Of a DNA stretch of 64,000 bases, positions 22,955 to 34,237 are shown piece by piece; the first letter of the stretch is position 1; each line of letters opens with the position of its first letter. Made by a program: the position numbers and the translations under genes. The stretch covers positions 13,456,001-13,520,000 of the forward strand of contig NC_087250.1 of NCBI RefSeq assembly GCF_037042905.1, written 5' to 3'. The DNA comes from Lytechinus pictus (Eukaryota). The notes under the pieces were generated by a model that saw only the letters and a program-made list of their open reading frames with translations, was not told the origin of the DNA and searched no databases.

Positions 22955-25900
22955 CGAAGTAGTAGTGGTAATAGTAGCAGCAGTAAGTCACAGTTGTAGT
23001 GGTGGAATAAGTATTAATAGTAGTAAAAGTAGTAGTAGTAGTAGTAGTAGTTGAAGGGGTAGCAGTAAGTGGTATTTGTAGTCACAGTAAAATTGAAGTC
23101 ATAGTAATATTATGATAGTGATAGCAGCAGTAGTAGTAGTAGTAGTAGTAGTACATATAAGTGGTATTTTTAGTAGTACTAGTAGTCGGTAATAGTATGA
23201 TTAGTGGTAGTAGTTGTAGTAGTATGTTACTGGTTGTATATTAAAGTATTAAGGTAGTGGTTTAATACTGCTAATACAGTGGTAGCTGTAGTAGTTGGAG
23301 TAATAGTAGTATGCAGTAGCAGTAGGTCATAGTAGCAGTAGGTAGTAGTAGTAGTAGTAGTAGCAGAAGTATAGTAGTAGTAGTCTTAGCCTTAGTAGTA
23401 GTAGAATTAGTAGCAGTAGTAGTAGCAGTAGCAGTAGTAGTAGTAGCAGTATTAGTAGGAATCATAGTTATAGTATGACAGTTACATGTATAGAAGAGGT
23501 AGTAGTTTAGTAGTCGTAGTAGTAGTAGAAGTAGTAGAAATTGTATGGTAGTAGTAGCAGTTGTAAATATTCGTTCTTCATAGACTGGTAGTCCTTCCAA
23601 ACAAATGGTCACTATCGCTGTTTTGAATCTTTCACAGGTACAACCGTTTTGCAAGGCATCCGTACTACGGAGAAACGGGAATGAATTCTGGTGTGATGCT
23701 GATGAACCTAACCAGAATGAGACAATTTGGTTGGACTAAGAAGATTGTTCCTATCTATCATGAATATAAACTCAAAATCACGTGGGGAGACCAAGATCTT
23801 ATCAACATTGTCTTCCATGACTATCCACGTGAGTAAAAGGGCGATATTCAAACTATTCCATGTCTAGTCGGGATATAGTAAATATATATTCAATGCTAGG
23901 GGGGGGGACATTGTAAAATCATTCTAAAAAACGTCCCTGATATAAACTGAAAATCACGTGGGGAGACCAAGATCTTATCAACATTGTCTTCCATGACTAT
24001 CCACGTGAGTAAGAGGGCGATATTTAAACTATATCATGTCTAGTCAGGATATAGTAAATATATATTCAATGCTAGGGGGGGCATAGTAAAATCATTCTAT
24101 AAAACTTTCCTAATATAAACTGAAAATGACACGGGTAGACCAATATCTAATAAACATTTTGTTCCATGGACAATCAAATGAGTAGAAGGCGTAGGGATAG
24201 TGATTTTTCGTTTTAATGGTAAATAAAATGGAAATTCTGTTTGGTTCTTATACTTTTCATGCAAAAATTCATGGAATTCACCTTTGCAAAATGGAATTCA
24301 GGTTTTTGCTGTGTACATTGACAAAAACTTAATTTCCATTTTTAGATCAAGTTGAAACACAAGTACAGATTTTCAGAAACGGAAAAGACCATTTTTTGAA
24401 ACAGAAAATACTGTCTCTCAAGGACGGATTAATACTTCATGTATTTCCTGCCTAGTCAGGATGAAGTACAATATTTTTACTGTTAATAATAATTAGCAAT
24501 CGGTCAAACCACTGTTTGTAGGTTGACCCTGTTAGTTTGTGTTGCTGGTCAATCATATATATATGCCGACCAACGAACATGTAATGGTAACCCACAACCT
24601 CTGACCTTTGACCTTTCTACAGAGGGGCTGTTCCCGTACACATGTGAATGGAACTATCGACCGGACCACTGTATGTACTCTAACAACTGCCGTCGGACAG
24701 ACGAGCACGGGATAGCCGTTATACACGGCAATCGAGGCGTCTATCATAACGAAAAGCAGCTCGCATTCAGAGCTATCTATGAGTCTTTTAGAGATGTAAG
24801 TTGAGTTCTCTCACCCTATTCATAATATGATTATTTTTACTTTCATCAGCTGAAATTAATTTATTTTAGCATAATTATGCTTCAAAAAGGTACTGCTATA
24901 ATTTTGGGGAAGAAAAACAAAAGGTCAAAAGACAAAAATTTAACTTTTGTTAAATTTTGGTATGAAAAAGAATAAATGCAATCAATCAATCTAAGAAGTA
25001 TATAAGAAATTCATAAAATAATAAAATACAGATTACAACCTACACTATTATCATGCCAATTTTCATGGTTGAATCAACTCCCCCTCCCCTTGTAATCTCA
25101 GCTGCCACTCACGCAAACGCCGTGAACACCGCTCATGATGGCAGTCTCCTGCATTCGTTTAAACTGATATTTTCTTTCTTTCAATTGAATAATGCTTCTT
25201 GTTATTTATTTTTCATTGCTTTATTATGACTATTGTTGAATTGTTTTGTAAAGCTTAAATGTATCACCTTTGTAGATGTTATGTTGCATATTTATCTTGA
25301 ATGCAGATATGAAATAAAATCAATCAATCAATCAAAATTGGCATGATAATAATATGGGATTTAATATGTATTTTATTGTTTTATGAATTTCTTATGTATT
25401 TCTTTGTTATTTTTTGCCAAATTTATAGCAGAACCTTTTTGAAGCATAATTATGCTAAAATCAATTAATTTCAGCTTATAGTAGGATTTAGCTGTACCTA
25501 AGCAAGTTTAATCATATCTATATTATAATCATTGGTGTAGCTAGGACAAAGTTAATATTGGGTATGTTGTGTAGAGGCGAACCTGTGAAGTGTGGCTATT
25601 CAGTGAAATAAGAAAGTACAAGTCCTATTCTATTCATATCTAAATTTCTAGGCAGGAATTTATTTCTGAGATTTGTGGGGATTTTCACTGCGATGCCATG
25701 CAAATTGTTGATAAAATGCGCATGTACTGTAGCAAAGCAAACGACAGCTGCGCGCATTTAATATGCAAATGCGCGGTCAGTCAAACCGTAGTATCGGCAC
25801 TTCATTGACTTTGCAAGTGACAAAGCGATACGTTTTGACTGACCAGGTTTCATGACATTTGCTTCGGCGACAATTACTCCGATGGAAAATCTACACATTA

Positions 25901-26726
25901 AGCAAAACATAAAACCTAACCGCCAAAACTAAATAAACCCTAATCGTAATCATTACAATATTCTGAACCAAAAACTCTATCACAATCCTAACTCTAATCC
26001 TATGCCTTCTGAGATGTTAAGACCGGAGCAATTGTCGCAGGAGCAGATGTCGTGTCACCGACTGACCATGCACATTTAATAAATCGCGGTCAGGGTTGTT
26101 GTATGGCCTATGGCATATTTGTACAGGGGAAATCTAAACAGCTCAAACCAAAATTACAAGCATGTACCTGTTAAGCGATATTTTCTCTGATTCTTTGTTT
26201 TGTGTAAAAATAAAGATACCAATGTCAAGCAATTTTTTGGGGGTCTTTCCACTCATGTATTTTTCTCGCAATGAATATGTTGTAAGGCAGGGAAACAGTA
26301 TGAAAATTACAGTAATCTTTGAAGTCGATTTTTCTCTGAAATATATCACATATATACGACGGTTCTGATGACCGCTGACTAAGTATTCAACAAATTTTAG
26401 TCCTATTTTTCAGAAAATTTTTGCCGGGCGGCGCATCCAATTTTAACCCAAGAGCTGGATGGTAATTTGCCTTGCTGGGTGGCTCTGCCCAGCATAGCAT
26501 GAACTCTGATTATTATCATTTCTGTCTATTTATTATGAAACTTTGTTTTATTCCTCAGTATACCTTTGGAGCTGACCTGGAAATGGGTTTAATCCAGCCT
26601 CTCACTCAGCAGCTGAACCAGCCCAGCCTGTCTAAAAACTATTGTGCACAAGCAGTCTTATTACCAGTCACTTCAACGCTAAAAAAATATGTAAACAAGG
26701 TTATTCCTATCAAAACACCTGTTTGA
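5026..26726 (+). CDS. GXYLT1: Glucoside xylosyltransferase (GXYLT1/2-like, GT8), whole spliced gene: join(5026-5395,5818-6155,13112-13218,14146-14287,16733-16867,19313-19464,23638-23828,24623-24795,26559-26726), 591 aa
   Basis: Nine GT-AG-bounded exons with consistent phases sum to 1776 nt. The protein has an N-terminal TM anchor, then [41 protein letters not shown] (DxD), [38 protein letters not shown] and HGNRGVYH, all matching remembered vertebrate GXYLT1/2. Invertebrates have one orthologue, so GXYLT1 versus GXYLT2 cannot be resolved. Confidence 0.95.
5818..6155 (+). CDS. GXYLT1: GXYLT coding exon 2 (Pro/Gln-rich stem with 33-nt repeats)
   Basis: Long T-rich tract + CAG acceptor; [25 protein letters not shown]...EAAKQKQ; donor CAG|GTACA, phase 0. 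Confidence 0.85.
6180..7480 (+). repeat. Tandem ~160-bp repeat array ending in hairpin+CTAG (Helitron/Helentron-like non-autonomous element)
   Basis: Recurring TTCCATCTGGTAGAGCTTCATGAGGTTCACCAAACTTCTACACAGAATTTT (6329, 6488, 6780, 6935, 7209); CACATC-ATT-GATGTG hairpin then CTAG-T at 7462-7481. Confidence 0.6.
8040..12803. mobile_element. Probable solo LTR (~1.7 kb after removing the nested insert)
   Basis: TGTCA...TGACA termini, exact 5-bp TSD ATAAC (8035-8039, 12804-12808); empty site GTCATAACTTTCT visible in the 41262 MITE copy. Confidence 0.7.
8760..11799. mobile_element. 3.0-kb TIR DNA transposon, Sola1-like (4-bp AWWT TSD)
   Basis: Perfect 13-bp TIR GGTCATTTTCAAA / TTTGAAAATGACC; TSD AAAT; repeated subterminal GTGAGTGACACGACA. 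Confidence 0.75.
13112..13218 (+). CDS. GXYLT1: GXYLT coding exon 3 (end of stem)
   Basis: Strong pyrimidine tract + [38 protein letters not shown]; 107 nt gives the phase 0-to-2 bridge needed between exons 2 and 4; donor GTAGGA is weak. Confidence 0.75.
13776..14060 (+). mobile_element. tRNA-derived SINE
   Basis: A box TGGCCCGGTGG, B box GGTTCGAATGCC, central CACTCAACCCAGGTGAGGTGAATGGGTACC block, (TTA)n tail; tail-only relative at ~13655-13735. Confidence 0.85.
14146..14287 (+). CDS. GXYLT1: GXYLT coding exon 4
   Basis: TTTCAG acceptor; [53 protein letters not shown] donor. Confidence 0.95.
14428..15172. mobile_element. PIF/Harbinger-like MITE carrying an L2 fragment
   Basis: 21-bp TIR AGCCCAGCGCGCACTATGCGA (1 mismatch), TTA TSD. 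Confidence 0.8.
14790..15124 (-). mobile_element. L2 LINE 3' fragment
   Basis: Minus strand reads [39 protein letters not shown], followed by a (TTA)n tail. Confidence 0.85.
16733..16867 (+). CDS. GXYLT1: GXYLT coding exon 5
   Basis: CTTCTAG acceptor; [51 protein letters not shown] donor. Confidence 0.95.
17213..17732. mobile_element. hAT-like MITE with 6-bp TSD
   Basis: Perfect 14-bp TIR CAGAGCTGCCAAGT; TSD TAATAT on both sides. Confidence 0.8.
18819..19278. mobile_element. Unclassified TIR MITE (CCCRGGGG termini), 8-bp TSD
   Basis: ~45-bp TIR containing CAGTCAAATATATTGCTGT; TSD ACTACATG. Confidence 0.85.
19313..19464 (+). CDS. GXYLT1: GXYLT coding exon 6 (DxD motif)
   Basis: TAG acceptor; [57 protein letters not shown] donor, phase 2. 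Confidence 0.95.
19562..21750 (+). mobile_element. Second, more decayed copy of the GCGAGCGCGAAGC-motif element, with a nested IR element at ~20227-21080
   Basis: 5' end aligns to 788-900; periodic motif. The insert has AAGACCC/GGGTCTT ends and inner inverted arms at 20418-20510 and 20808-20900. Confidence 0.6.
21796..22804. mobile_element. P/hAT-like non-autonomous transposon, 7-bp TSD
   Basis: TIR CAAGGCTCCACATTA / TAATGTCGAGCCTTG; TSD GTTATAG; subterminal GGTGGCCCG/CGGGCCACC repeats at both ends. Confidence 0.8.
22820..23565. repeat. Degenerate (GTA)n/(GCA) microsatellite tract
   Basis: Perfect (AGT)n at ~22895-22954 with decayed flanks. Confidence 0.95.
23638..23828 (+). CDS. GXYLT1: GXYLT coding exon 7
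   Basis: TTTCACAG acceptor; [32 protein letters not shown]...[23 protein letters not shown] donor, phase 1. Confidence 0.95.
23764..24190 (+). repeat. ~176-bp tandem duplication (2 copies + a decayed partial third) of the exon 7 3' end and donor
   Basis: TATAAACTSAAAATCACGTGGGGAGACCAAGATCTT...CCAC|GTGAGT with donors at 23829 and 24005; decayed copy 24113-24190. Confidence 0.95.
24623..24795 (+). CDS. GXYLT1: GXYLT coding exon 8
   Basis: CTTTCTACAG acceptor; [22 protein letters not shown]...[30 protein letters not shown] donor. Confidence 0.95.
24848..25477. mobile_element. Fold-back element with LINE 3' tails inserted
   Basis: Arms AGCTGAAATTAAT..GCATAATTATGCTTCAAAAAGG..ATCATGCCAATTTT and their reverse complement; inserts end in AATAAA+(ATCA)n at ~24975-24992 and 25313-25333. 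Confidence 0.7.
25846..26059. mobile_element. MULE/Mutator-like MITE
   Basis: GG...CC imperfect ~30-bp TIR; 9-bp TSD GACTGACCA. Confidence 0.8.
26559..26726 (+). CDS. GXYLT1: GXYLT terminal coding exon 9
   Basis: TTCCTCAG acceptor, phase 0; [15 protein letters not shown]...NYCAQ...TPV-TGA, with the YC seen in the GXYLT C-terminus. Confidence 0.85.
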   Translation, partial: YTFGADLEMGLIQPLTQQLNQPSLSKNYCAQAVLLPVTSTLKKYVNKVIPIKTPV

Positions 26727-27289
26727 TAAAGCCTATAGATGCATGCAGGTGAAAGACTGCAGTGTTGTGTTGGTAGTCTTTATAACAGTCACTTCTACGG
26801 TGAGTAGGCGATCGGATTGGGTTGTTCCAATCTAAACTTCTGTATTAATGAGCCTAATATTTGAACATGTGAGTCACCAGTGAGTGCAGGAAGTCACCTC
26901 ATGGACAAAGTGGCCTTTGACCTGAGGTTTTTAGGTGGAGATCCCGGATTTTCTGAAGGGGATGCATATTGCCCCCAAAATTTGATAAGCGTAAAAAAGG
27001 GTCATCACTTCCAATTGAAGGTCTTTGGGGATCTTCTCTTTTCTCTTATTTTTGGTCACAATTTTATGTGGAGCACCCATCCCCCCATCCGCATCTAGCA
27101 TGTATGTACAGTAGAAACCATCTGGATAACAAACCCAACATGAACAGTGCAGGAAGAGCGATGGTCCTGTGCAACAATATGAGGCGAATGTCTTTGCGAG
27201 AGAAGTTAAAGCATTGTTCAACGTAAAACAGAGAGGCCGAGATTATTGAAAGTGAAGTGATGTTATGATTTCGGATTAGGACGATAATT

Positions 27290-28070
27290 GTAATCTGCAT
27301 GAATATTAATGAACACAAATTGTCTGGTGAAATCAATGAAACATGGTCTGCATGAATATTCATGAACAAAGATTGTTGAAATTGCATAAATATTCATGAA
27401 CAAAGATTGTTGAAATTGCATGAATATTCATGAACACAAATTATGTGGTGAAATCAATGAAACACGGACTGCATGAATATTCATAAACACATTGTGAAAC
27501 CAATGAAGCATATGGTCTTCATTGATATTTGTAAACACAAATTGTAAGGGGATATCCATGAAACATGGTCTACATGAATATTCATGAACACAGATTGTTG
27601 AAATTGCATGAATATTAATGAACACAAATTGTGTGGTGAAATCATTGAAGCACATGCTGCAGGCATATTCATAAAACTTTGTGAAATCAATGAAGTATAT
27701 GGTCTTCATTAATATTCATGAACACAAATTGTAAGGGGATATCCATGAAATATGGTTTTCATGAATATTCATGAACACAAATTGTATGGTTAACATCAAT
27801 GAAACAGCCTACATGTACATGATTGTTTGAATATTCATGAACACAAATTTTGTGCTGAATAGCAATGAGACATGGACTGCATGAATATTCATTAATACAA
27901 GTAGTAAGGTAAAGTTAAATGAAACATGGTCTGTCTGTATATTTGTTGATATTTGTGTTGAAATTTGCATGAATATTCATGAACACGAGTTGTTTGGTGA
28001 AAGCATTGAAACATGGGCTATGTAAATATTCATGAACACAAATTTTATGCTGAAATCGATGAAACATGAT
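27290..28070. repeat. Minisatellite built on the 14-bp palindrome CATGAATATTCATG
   Basis: About 13 exact or variant copies, mostly spaced ~35-55 bp apart by related ACACAAATTGT..GGTGAAATCAATGAAA spacers. Confidence 0.9.
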
Positions 28071-28240
28071 TGTTGAGGAGCTCCTTTTACGATGCAATAC
28101 ATGTTTCCGTTATGGGAAGATATGCAACTCAATGGATAAGTCTGTAGAATTTTGAAAAGTCATCTCAATCGAAACTGGGCCTAAAAGGCACCAGAAGTCT
28201 GTGTAGCATGCAACATGACTGTACGACCAAAGGGTTCTGA

Positions 28241-28503
28241 ACCCCGTCTTACAATGAGTTACGATTGATCCGATCAATCACAATTACGGACGGCCTACAA
28301 CGTCATCATCTAGTATGCATGTTCAAAAATATTTTCTAGCTATGATGTATATTCATGCATTCATTGTTTTATTGAAAATTTACTGCGCTTCTCTTTGTAT
28401 ACAAAGGACATTGTGCAAATTTTTCGTAGAAAATTATGACAAATGGATTTCCATAGAGTTACGATTGATCAGATCAATCGTAACTCTTTGTAAGACGGGG
28501 CCC
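28241..28503. mobile_element. Harbinger-like MITE family E (other copies 32268-32541, 32727-33003, partial to 33251, 38051-38319)
   Basis: TIR GGCCCCGTCTTACAAAGAGTTACGATTGATC; CAG TSD clear at the 38051 copy. Confidence 0.85.
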
Positions 28504-28611
28504 AGATCCTTAAACCTATAGATTTGCATCTGTGTTATAAACTGATTATAAAAAGTTTCCCAAATTAAGTTATTATCCCCCCAAAATAACAAAAATAAGC
28601 TTATACATCTG

Positions 28612-31032
28612 GGGGGGGTATTCTGAAAAGTCTCGTAAGTTTCCACTTAAGTTTCCTCATAAGTTACCCATTTAATGGAGCGCTAATGTACCTCCAAATT
28701 CGTATTCTGAAAACTCTATTAGCGCTCAATTAACTCCCTTTAGGCCACGCCCCTACTGAGCCAAATTAGCCAATCAAATGCGCTCTTACAACGTAAAATT
28801 TTCTCCCAGCGCGTAGTGTCTCTTCACTTTGCTGGCTTGCAGCGCAGCGCCCGGCTGCTGCAGGTGGACTGCACCACGATATTGATACAAAAAATTTTTG
28901 CTGAAAAATAATGCTAAAAGCATTTGCATCGGAGATTAACAGGAGGGTCATTATGTTGTTGAAGCTAACTGTTGTCTTTTCCCTTTCTCTCATTTATTGT
29001 ACCTTTGTGATTTTCTCTTTTTTTTCGAACGCGTTCTGATTTCACATCCACCTATTGTAGCTTTCTTTGTTTTGTTTTTTTTACAATATTTTATTTGCCT
29101 CTGTCTCGGGGTCATGATGGGGGGGGGGGTTCTTCTTTAACTTAATTCCTACTTATTTTAAAAATAACATACTTTTCATTTTTATGAGAAATCTTCTTCA
29201 ACAAAATGCTGATTTGAATAAAATGATTTTAAAAATCAAACTAGCATAATCGTTAAAAAAGCCGAAATTTTATTGAAATTGGATGTACAAATGTTATGAT
29301 ATTTAAGATTTTATAGGTGGGGAAAACGATGGCATCCCTCACTATTTTTTTTCTTTTGTACCAAAGGGGTCAATGCTTATTTTTTCATTGTCGGAAACAA
29401 GGTTTGATTCCCCCCTGAACATTGCTGCATCTATTGTTACTTGGCAATCTCATTATTGTCAAAATAATGTGCAAAAATACTTTATGATGCTTATAATAAA
29501 AGAAAATATAGAAAAATAATAGTCATATTTCCCCTATAAGTACACAATTTCTGTTTTCTTTTTCCTTCTTTTCTAATTTCTTTATTACCAAATATAGCCC
29601 CCATTCCTTATTTTACTTGTATAAATTGTGAATATTTTTTGAACAAATTTAAGCCTGAAACATATTGTTTCAAAGTCCGCCAAGTTTGGACACCCATACC
29701 ACCTTCTTTCCCTTTATTCCCTTTTTATACCTTTCTCCTTTATTCTCTTGCTTCCTCCTAAATTTGGTCGCAGTATTAAACCGATTTGATGATATTTATA
29801 CGAAATGAAAGCCACATTTAGCAAGAGAAAATGAGACTTAATGGACCTCTTATCACCATTATCTTTCCCCACTGGAAAGTCCGCTAATTGAGCGCTAAGA
29901 GACTTTTCAGAATACCAAAAGTCTCGTAACTACTCAATTAAGTCTTCGCGCGGTCATAACGCGTACTGTTGCAAGTGCGCGCAACGCAACCCTGCCAAAT
30001 AAGGAAAGGGGCGCTTAAGGACGTTCCACAGTTAAAGTGAAATCCATGTCATTTTCACCAAACTTTGCACATAGATACTTTAGAACCTTAATATTCGAAA
30101 TATGCCAAAATTAACATAGGTCCATGTGCTCGATTTTTTGCTATAGAGCTTCAAAGTTCACCCAAATTGATGTTGTTAAGAATTGCGCATTCAAAAGAAT
30201 TTGGCATTTTTAGACCTCGCAAGATTACTACAATGAGTTTAAACCTCTATTACTCAGTCAAAATACATGAAAAAGTCATCAAATTTCGCAAGAGAGTTAA
30301 TAATTGTATCGTTAGAATGGAGAATCTATTTATAGTGCTATTTGTTAGCAGTTTTAAGTCTAACAGCACTGTCAGTTCTTAAAATGGCGTAAAAGATAAC
30401 AAGAACCCAATCTAAAAAAATGTGAAATTTCAATAACATACTACAAAAGTACAATAAATGCTGCACTTTATTCAAAATCCATGTCATTTTCACCAAAATT
30501 TGCAAAGTTGTAGAGGAAGGTATACCTAAGAGGTATAAACATTAAAAAATGGGGGTTCATGTGCTTGTTTTTAAACTATCAGCATTTTTTTTGGAGCAAA
30601 TGTGCTTTTTAAAACACAAAAAATGTGCCGAATGCTTTGTATCTATGTGAAGAAAAAATCAAAACCACTCTACCATTTATTCAAACTCGGGGACTTATTC
30701 GTGATTCTTGGCAGCACTGCAGAGTAAAGTATTTTGAAATTGTAGAGATGTTTTTTTTTAAATGGTCCATGGAATAATTCCATTTTTTTAGCTTCATAAG
30801 ATAATGCATCGGATCTGCAGTTAGAGTGCAGATGTTGAGAAAAATCAGCTCATACCCAGAGCTAATTAATCACCTGTTCATCCATTGTGACGTCAGCGCG
30901 CAGAGTGTAAAGTATGCGCAGATCATAATGCGCACAAACATAACTGTGGAACGTCCTTAAGTGACTTTTCAGAATACCAAAATGCTAATTGAGTGCTAAT
31001 TGACCGCTAATTGAGCTTTCAGAATACCGCCC
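28612..31032. mobile_element. Harbinger-like non-autonomous element with nested Kolobok-like MITE
   Basis: TIR GGGGGGTATTCTGAAA / TTTCAGAATACCGCCC; CTG TSD; subterminal repeats of TATTCTGAAAA. Confidence 0.75.
30019..30956. mobile_element. Kolobok-like MITE
   Basis: Perfect 16-bp TIR GGACGTTCCACAGTTA, TTAA TSD. Confidence 0.85.
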
Positions 31033-31671
31033 CTGTATAATCATGAAGAATGCAATTTTTGAGAAAATTCAATGCAATATTTTATTTTAATAAATACAAT
31101 GTTATAGTAAAGTAGTCATTGAATTAACAGAAAAAATATACGTGAATTCTTAGGAAATGTAACGCCTACGGTGTCAGTGGCACTTTTGCCAAATTTAAGA
31201 GGTGATCATTTTCTTGAGCGTCAGAACGGCTTTGGTATTATCTTCTTGCTGAAACGATATATGTGTGCTTTATGTTTTTTTTAATCTGTATCCATTATTC
31301 CATTTTGCTGTAGAATACCTTTTTTAAAGCTTATAATCACCCCAAATACCTAATGATACATTATTTACCAATGAAAATATTATAAGGTAGGACATCTACA
31401 TGTACTTATAAAGTAAGAATATGCAAGTTTGATTGAAAAATGATATATGATGAACTTGTAAGAATTGTGATATGCATGACCTTATGCTCTGGTTGTATAC
31501 ATATCCCTTAAATGGTACAGCAAGTTACACAAGATTTGAACACATAACTTACAGATAAATACCAGTTGTGCATTGGATACCCACTATTAACAGCCATATG
31601 AGAGATGTATGACATTTGTGATTGATCACATGTCTGGGTATAAAACTGGTCATTGTTTAAGTTGTTTGTAT

Positions 31672-33304
31672 GGCCCGTATTCTAAACTCGAGTTTTAAAT
31701 TAAACCGTGGTTTTCAGCTGTGGTTTAACTATGGAGAGCCAATTGGAACAAAAATCCCTGTACACAGTACACATACAAGTTGTAAACTCATATGACACCC
31801 AGATTGTTCATAATTGTCTTGGAATGATAACTGAAGTATTTTTCTTTATAATGAAAGCAAAAAGAAACAAAAGAGTAGATATAAGAAATATACAGTATAA
31901 ACAGAATTTTTGATTTTTTGGCTCCCTATAATTGAAGCACAAAGTTAGACCGTGGTCTAAGTTAAACCTGACCTTAGGGGCCCGTTTCATAAAGGACTTG
32001 CAACTGTTGTAACTGTGCCTTTACGTCAACTACCATGGTAACCTTGATTATGATTGGCTGCTGAGCCTTGTTACCATGGTAGTTGCCATAATGGCAAAGT
32101 TACAACAGTTGCAAGTCCTTTATGAAACAGGGCCCCAGAATACGGGCCTAAGGGGGCTGTTGGGCATTTCATAAAGCTGTTTGTAAGTTGCGATCAACTT
32201 TACAAATGACTGGTGACCCTTTGTTTGGAGCTAAATCAATACCAATGAAATTTGGTTGCGAATGATCAGGGCTCTGTCTTACAAAGAGTTACAATTGATC
32301 CAATCAATCGTAACTCTATGGAAATCCATCAGTGTCATAATTTTTTCTACAGGAAATTTGCAAAATGTCATTTGTAAACAAAGGAGATCACACCAAATTG
32401 TCAAGAAATCAATGAATTTATGGATATACATTCATATCTCGAATTTCTTTTAAATAAACATGCATTTTATATGTTGACTTTGCTGGCTTTCCATAGTTGC
32501 GATTGATCCAATCAATCGCGACTCTTTGAAAGATGGGGCCCAGCAACGTCAACATCTAAAATGCATGTATGTTCAAAATATTTTCTAGCTATGATGTTTA
32601 TTCATGCATTCATTGTTTTCTTGAAAATTCACTGTGACTCTTCTCTGTTTACAAACTGACATCATGCAAATTTTTTGTAGAAATAATCATGACATCGATA
32701 GATTCCTATATAGTTGACATTGATCAGGGGCCCGTCATACCAAGAGTTGCGATTGATCCGATCAATCACAACTATGGACGGCCAACAATGTCAACATCTG
32801 TTATGCATGTTTGTTCAAACTATTTTCTTACTACGATGTATATTCATGCATTCATTGTTTTCTTGAAAATTCACTGTGCTTCTTTGTTTACAAAGGACAT
32901 TGTGCAAATTTCCTGGAGGGAAAAATTATGACACTGATGGATTTCCGTAGAGTTATGACTGATTGGATCAATCATACATGTAACTCCTTGTAAGCTGGGG
33001 CCCTGATCAACCACTCCTATGGAAAGCCAGCAAGGCCAACATCTAAAATGCATGATTCAAAATATTTTCTATATTTGATGTATACTCGTGCATTCATCTT
33101 CATCTTGACTATTTAATGGGTGTGCCCTTCTTTGTCTAGAAAGGACATTGCGCAAATTTCCTGTAAGAAAAATTAATGATGATGATGAATTCCCATTTCC
33201 ATATAGTTGAGGTTGATTGGATCGATCGCAACTCTTTGTAAGACGGGGCCTAGTTGTGCGATAAAGTCTTTTGTAACGTACAAACAGCTTTGTGAAACAG
33301 CTCC
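31672..33304. mobile_element. Cluster of nested GGCCC-terminal MITEs (at least 4 families)
   Basis: GGCCCGTATTCT..AGAATACGGGCC (31672-32148) contains a ~160-bp palindromic MITE (~31978-32135); the TTTCATAAAGCTGTTTG..CAAACAGCTTTGTGAAA element (~32162-33304) contains family E copies. Confidence 0.8.
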
Positions 33305-33991
33305 TATGTCAGCGAATTCCAAAAGGCTTTTATTGTAGGTATACTTTCTAACTAATTGTAATTATATACTGTGCCTTGATCACATGCATGTATAATGTTT
33401 TTATGTTTAAATATTCATAGGAACATAAGTTCTTTATCTTAATTTTCAATATTGTTATTATAAAGTCATGAAAAGATTATTTAATCAAGTACAGACAGCT
33501 GAAGGAATGATCTGAATTCAAACTTACACCGTAAAATGTATTGAAATTTTTTTTTGACCATCTATGTATCCACATGGGGAGGGGGGGATTTTAGGATTTA
33601 TCTTGTCAGTGATGTTCACTAATTTTTCCTGAGCCAATTAGCTACAAGGATTTCAGTAGCTTATAACAATATTCAGTGAAACTAGCTATTTCATTTCAAA
33701 CCCCCCCCCCCCCCCGTCATCAAGCGATTGATTGGGTCTGTACCAAAATGTGGAATATATTTCACTGGAAGTTCGAGTTTTAATTTATTATTTTATTCAG
33801 CTCTTTGTTAAAGTAAGTCATGTTTGTAAATATTTTTCTACCAGGTTCTTTCTCTAAAATGCAATTTATTTTGCAGATAAATGCAGATGAAATCACATTT
33901 TTAAAATAGTGCCAAATGGTTCTGGTGGGAAATGAGCAATCGTGGAGTAATAAGTGCAAGAAAATGTCTGTTCTATCATGGTTTGCAAAAC

Positions 33992-34237
33992 CAGAGGCGT
34001 ACAGATGAGTGGGCTTCAAGGCGATTGCCCCCCAAAAAAAAAAAAAAAATCACGACAAAAAAAAAAAGCGTAGAGGAAAGGGTGAAATATCATATTATTT
34101 TCTAAATAGTATGACAAAATCTATCACAAAATTGGACTTTTTAAAATAAAAATGTCGAAATTTATGCTCGTTCGCAACTTTTTATTAATTTTACGCAAAT
34201 GTGGCCCCCTCAAAATTTTGGGCTCATTACGACACTG
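33992..34237. mobile_element. hAT-like MITE
   Basis: CAG...CTG termini, 8-bp TSD TGCAAAAC. Confidence 0.75.

Noticed and set aside
22842..23654. Poly-V/poly-T/poly-L ORFs
   Set aside because: Translations of the (GTA)n microsatellite
27290..28070. CRISPR-like array (palindromic repeats with spacers)
   Set aside because: Spacers are related to each other, repeats are short and variable, there are no cas genes, and the context is eukaryotic: a minisatellite
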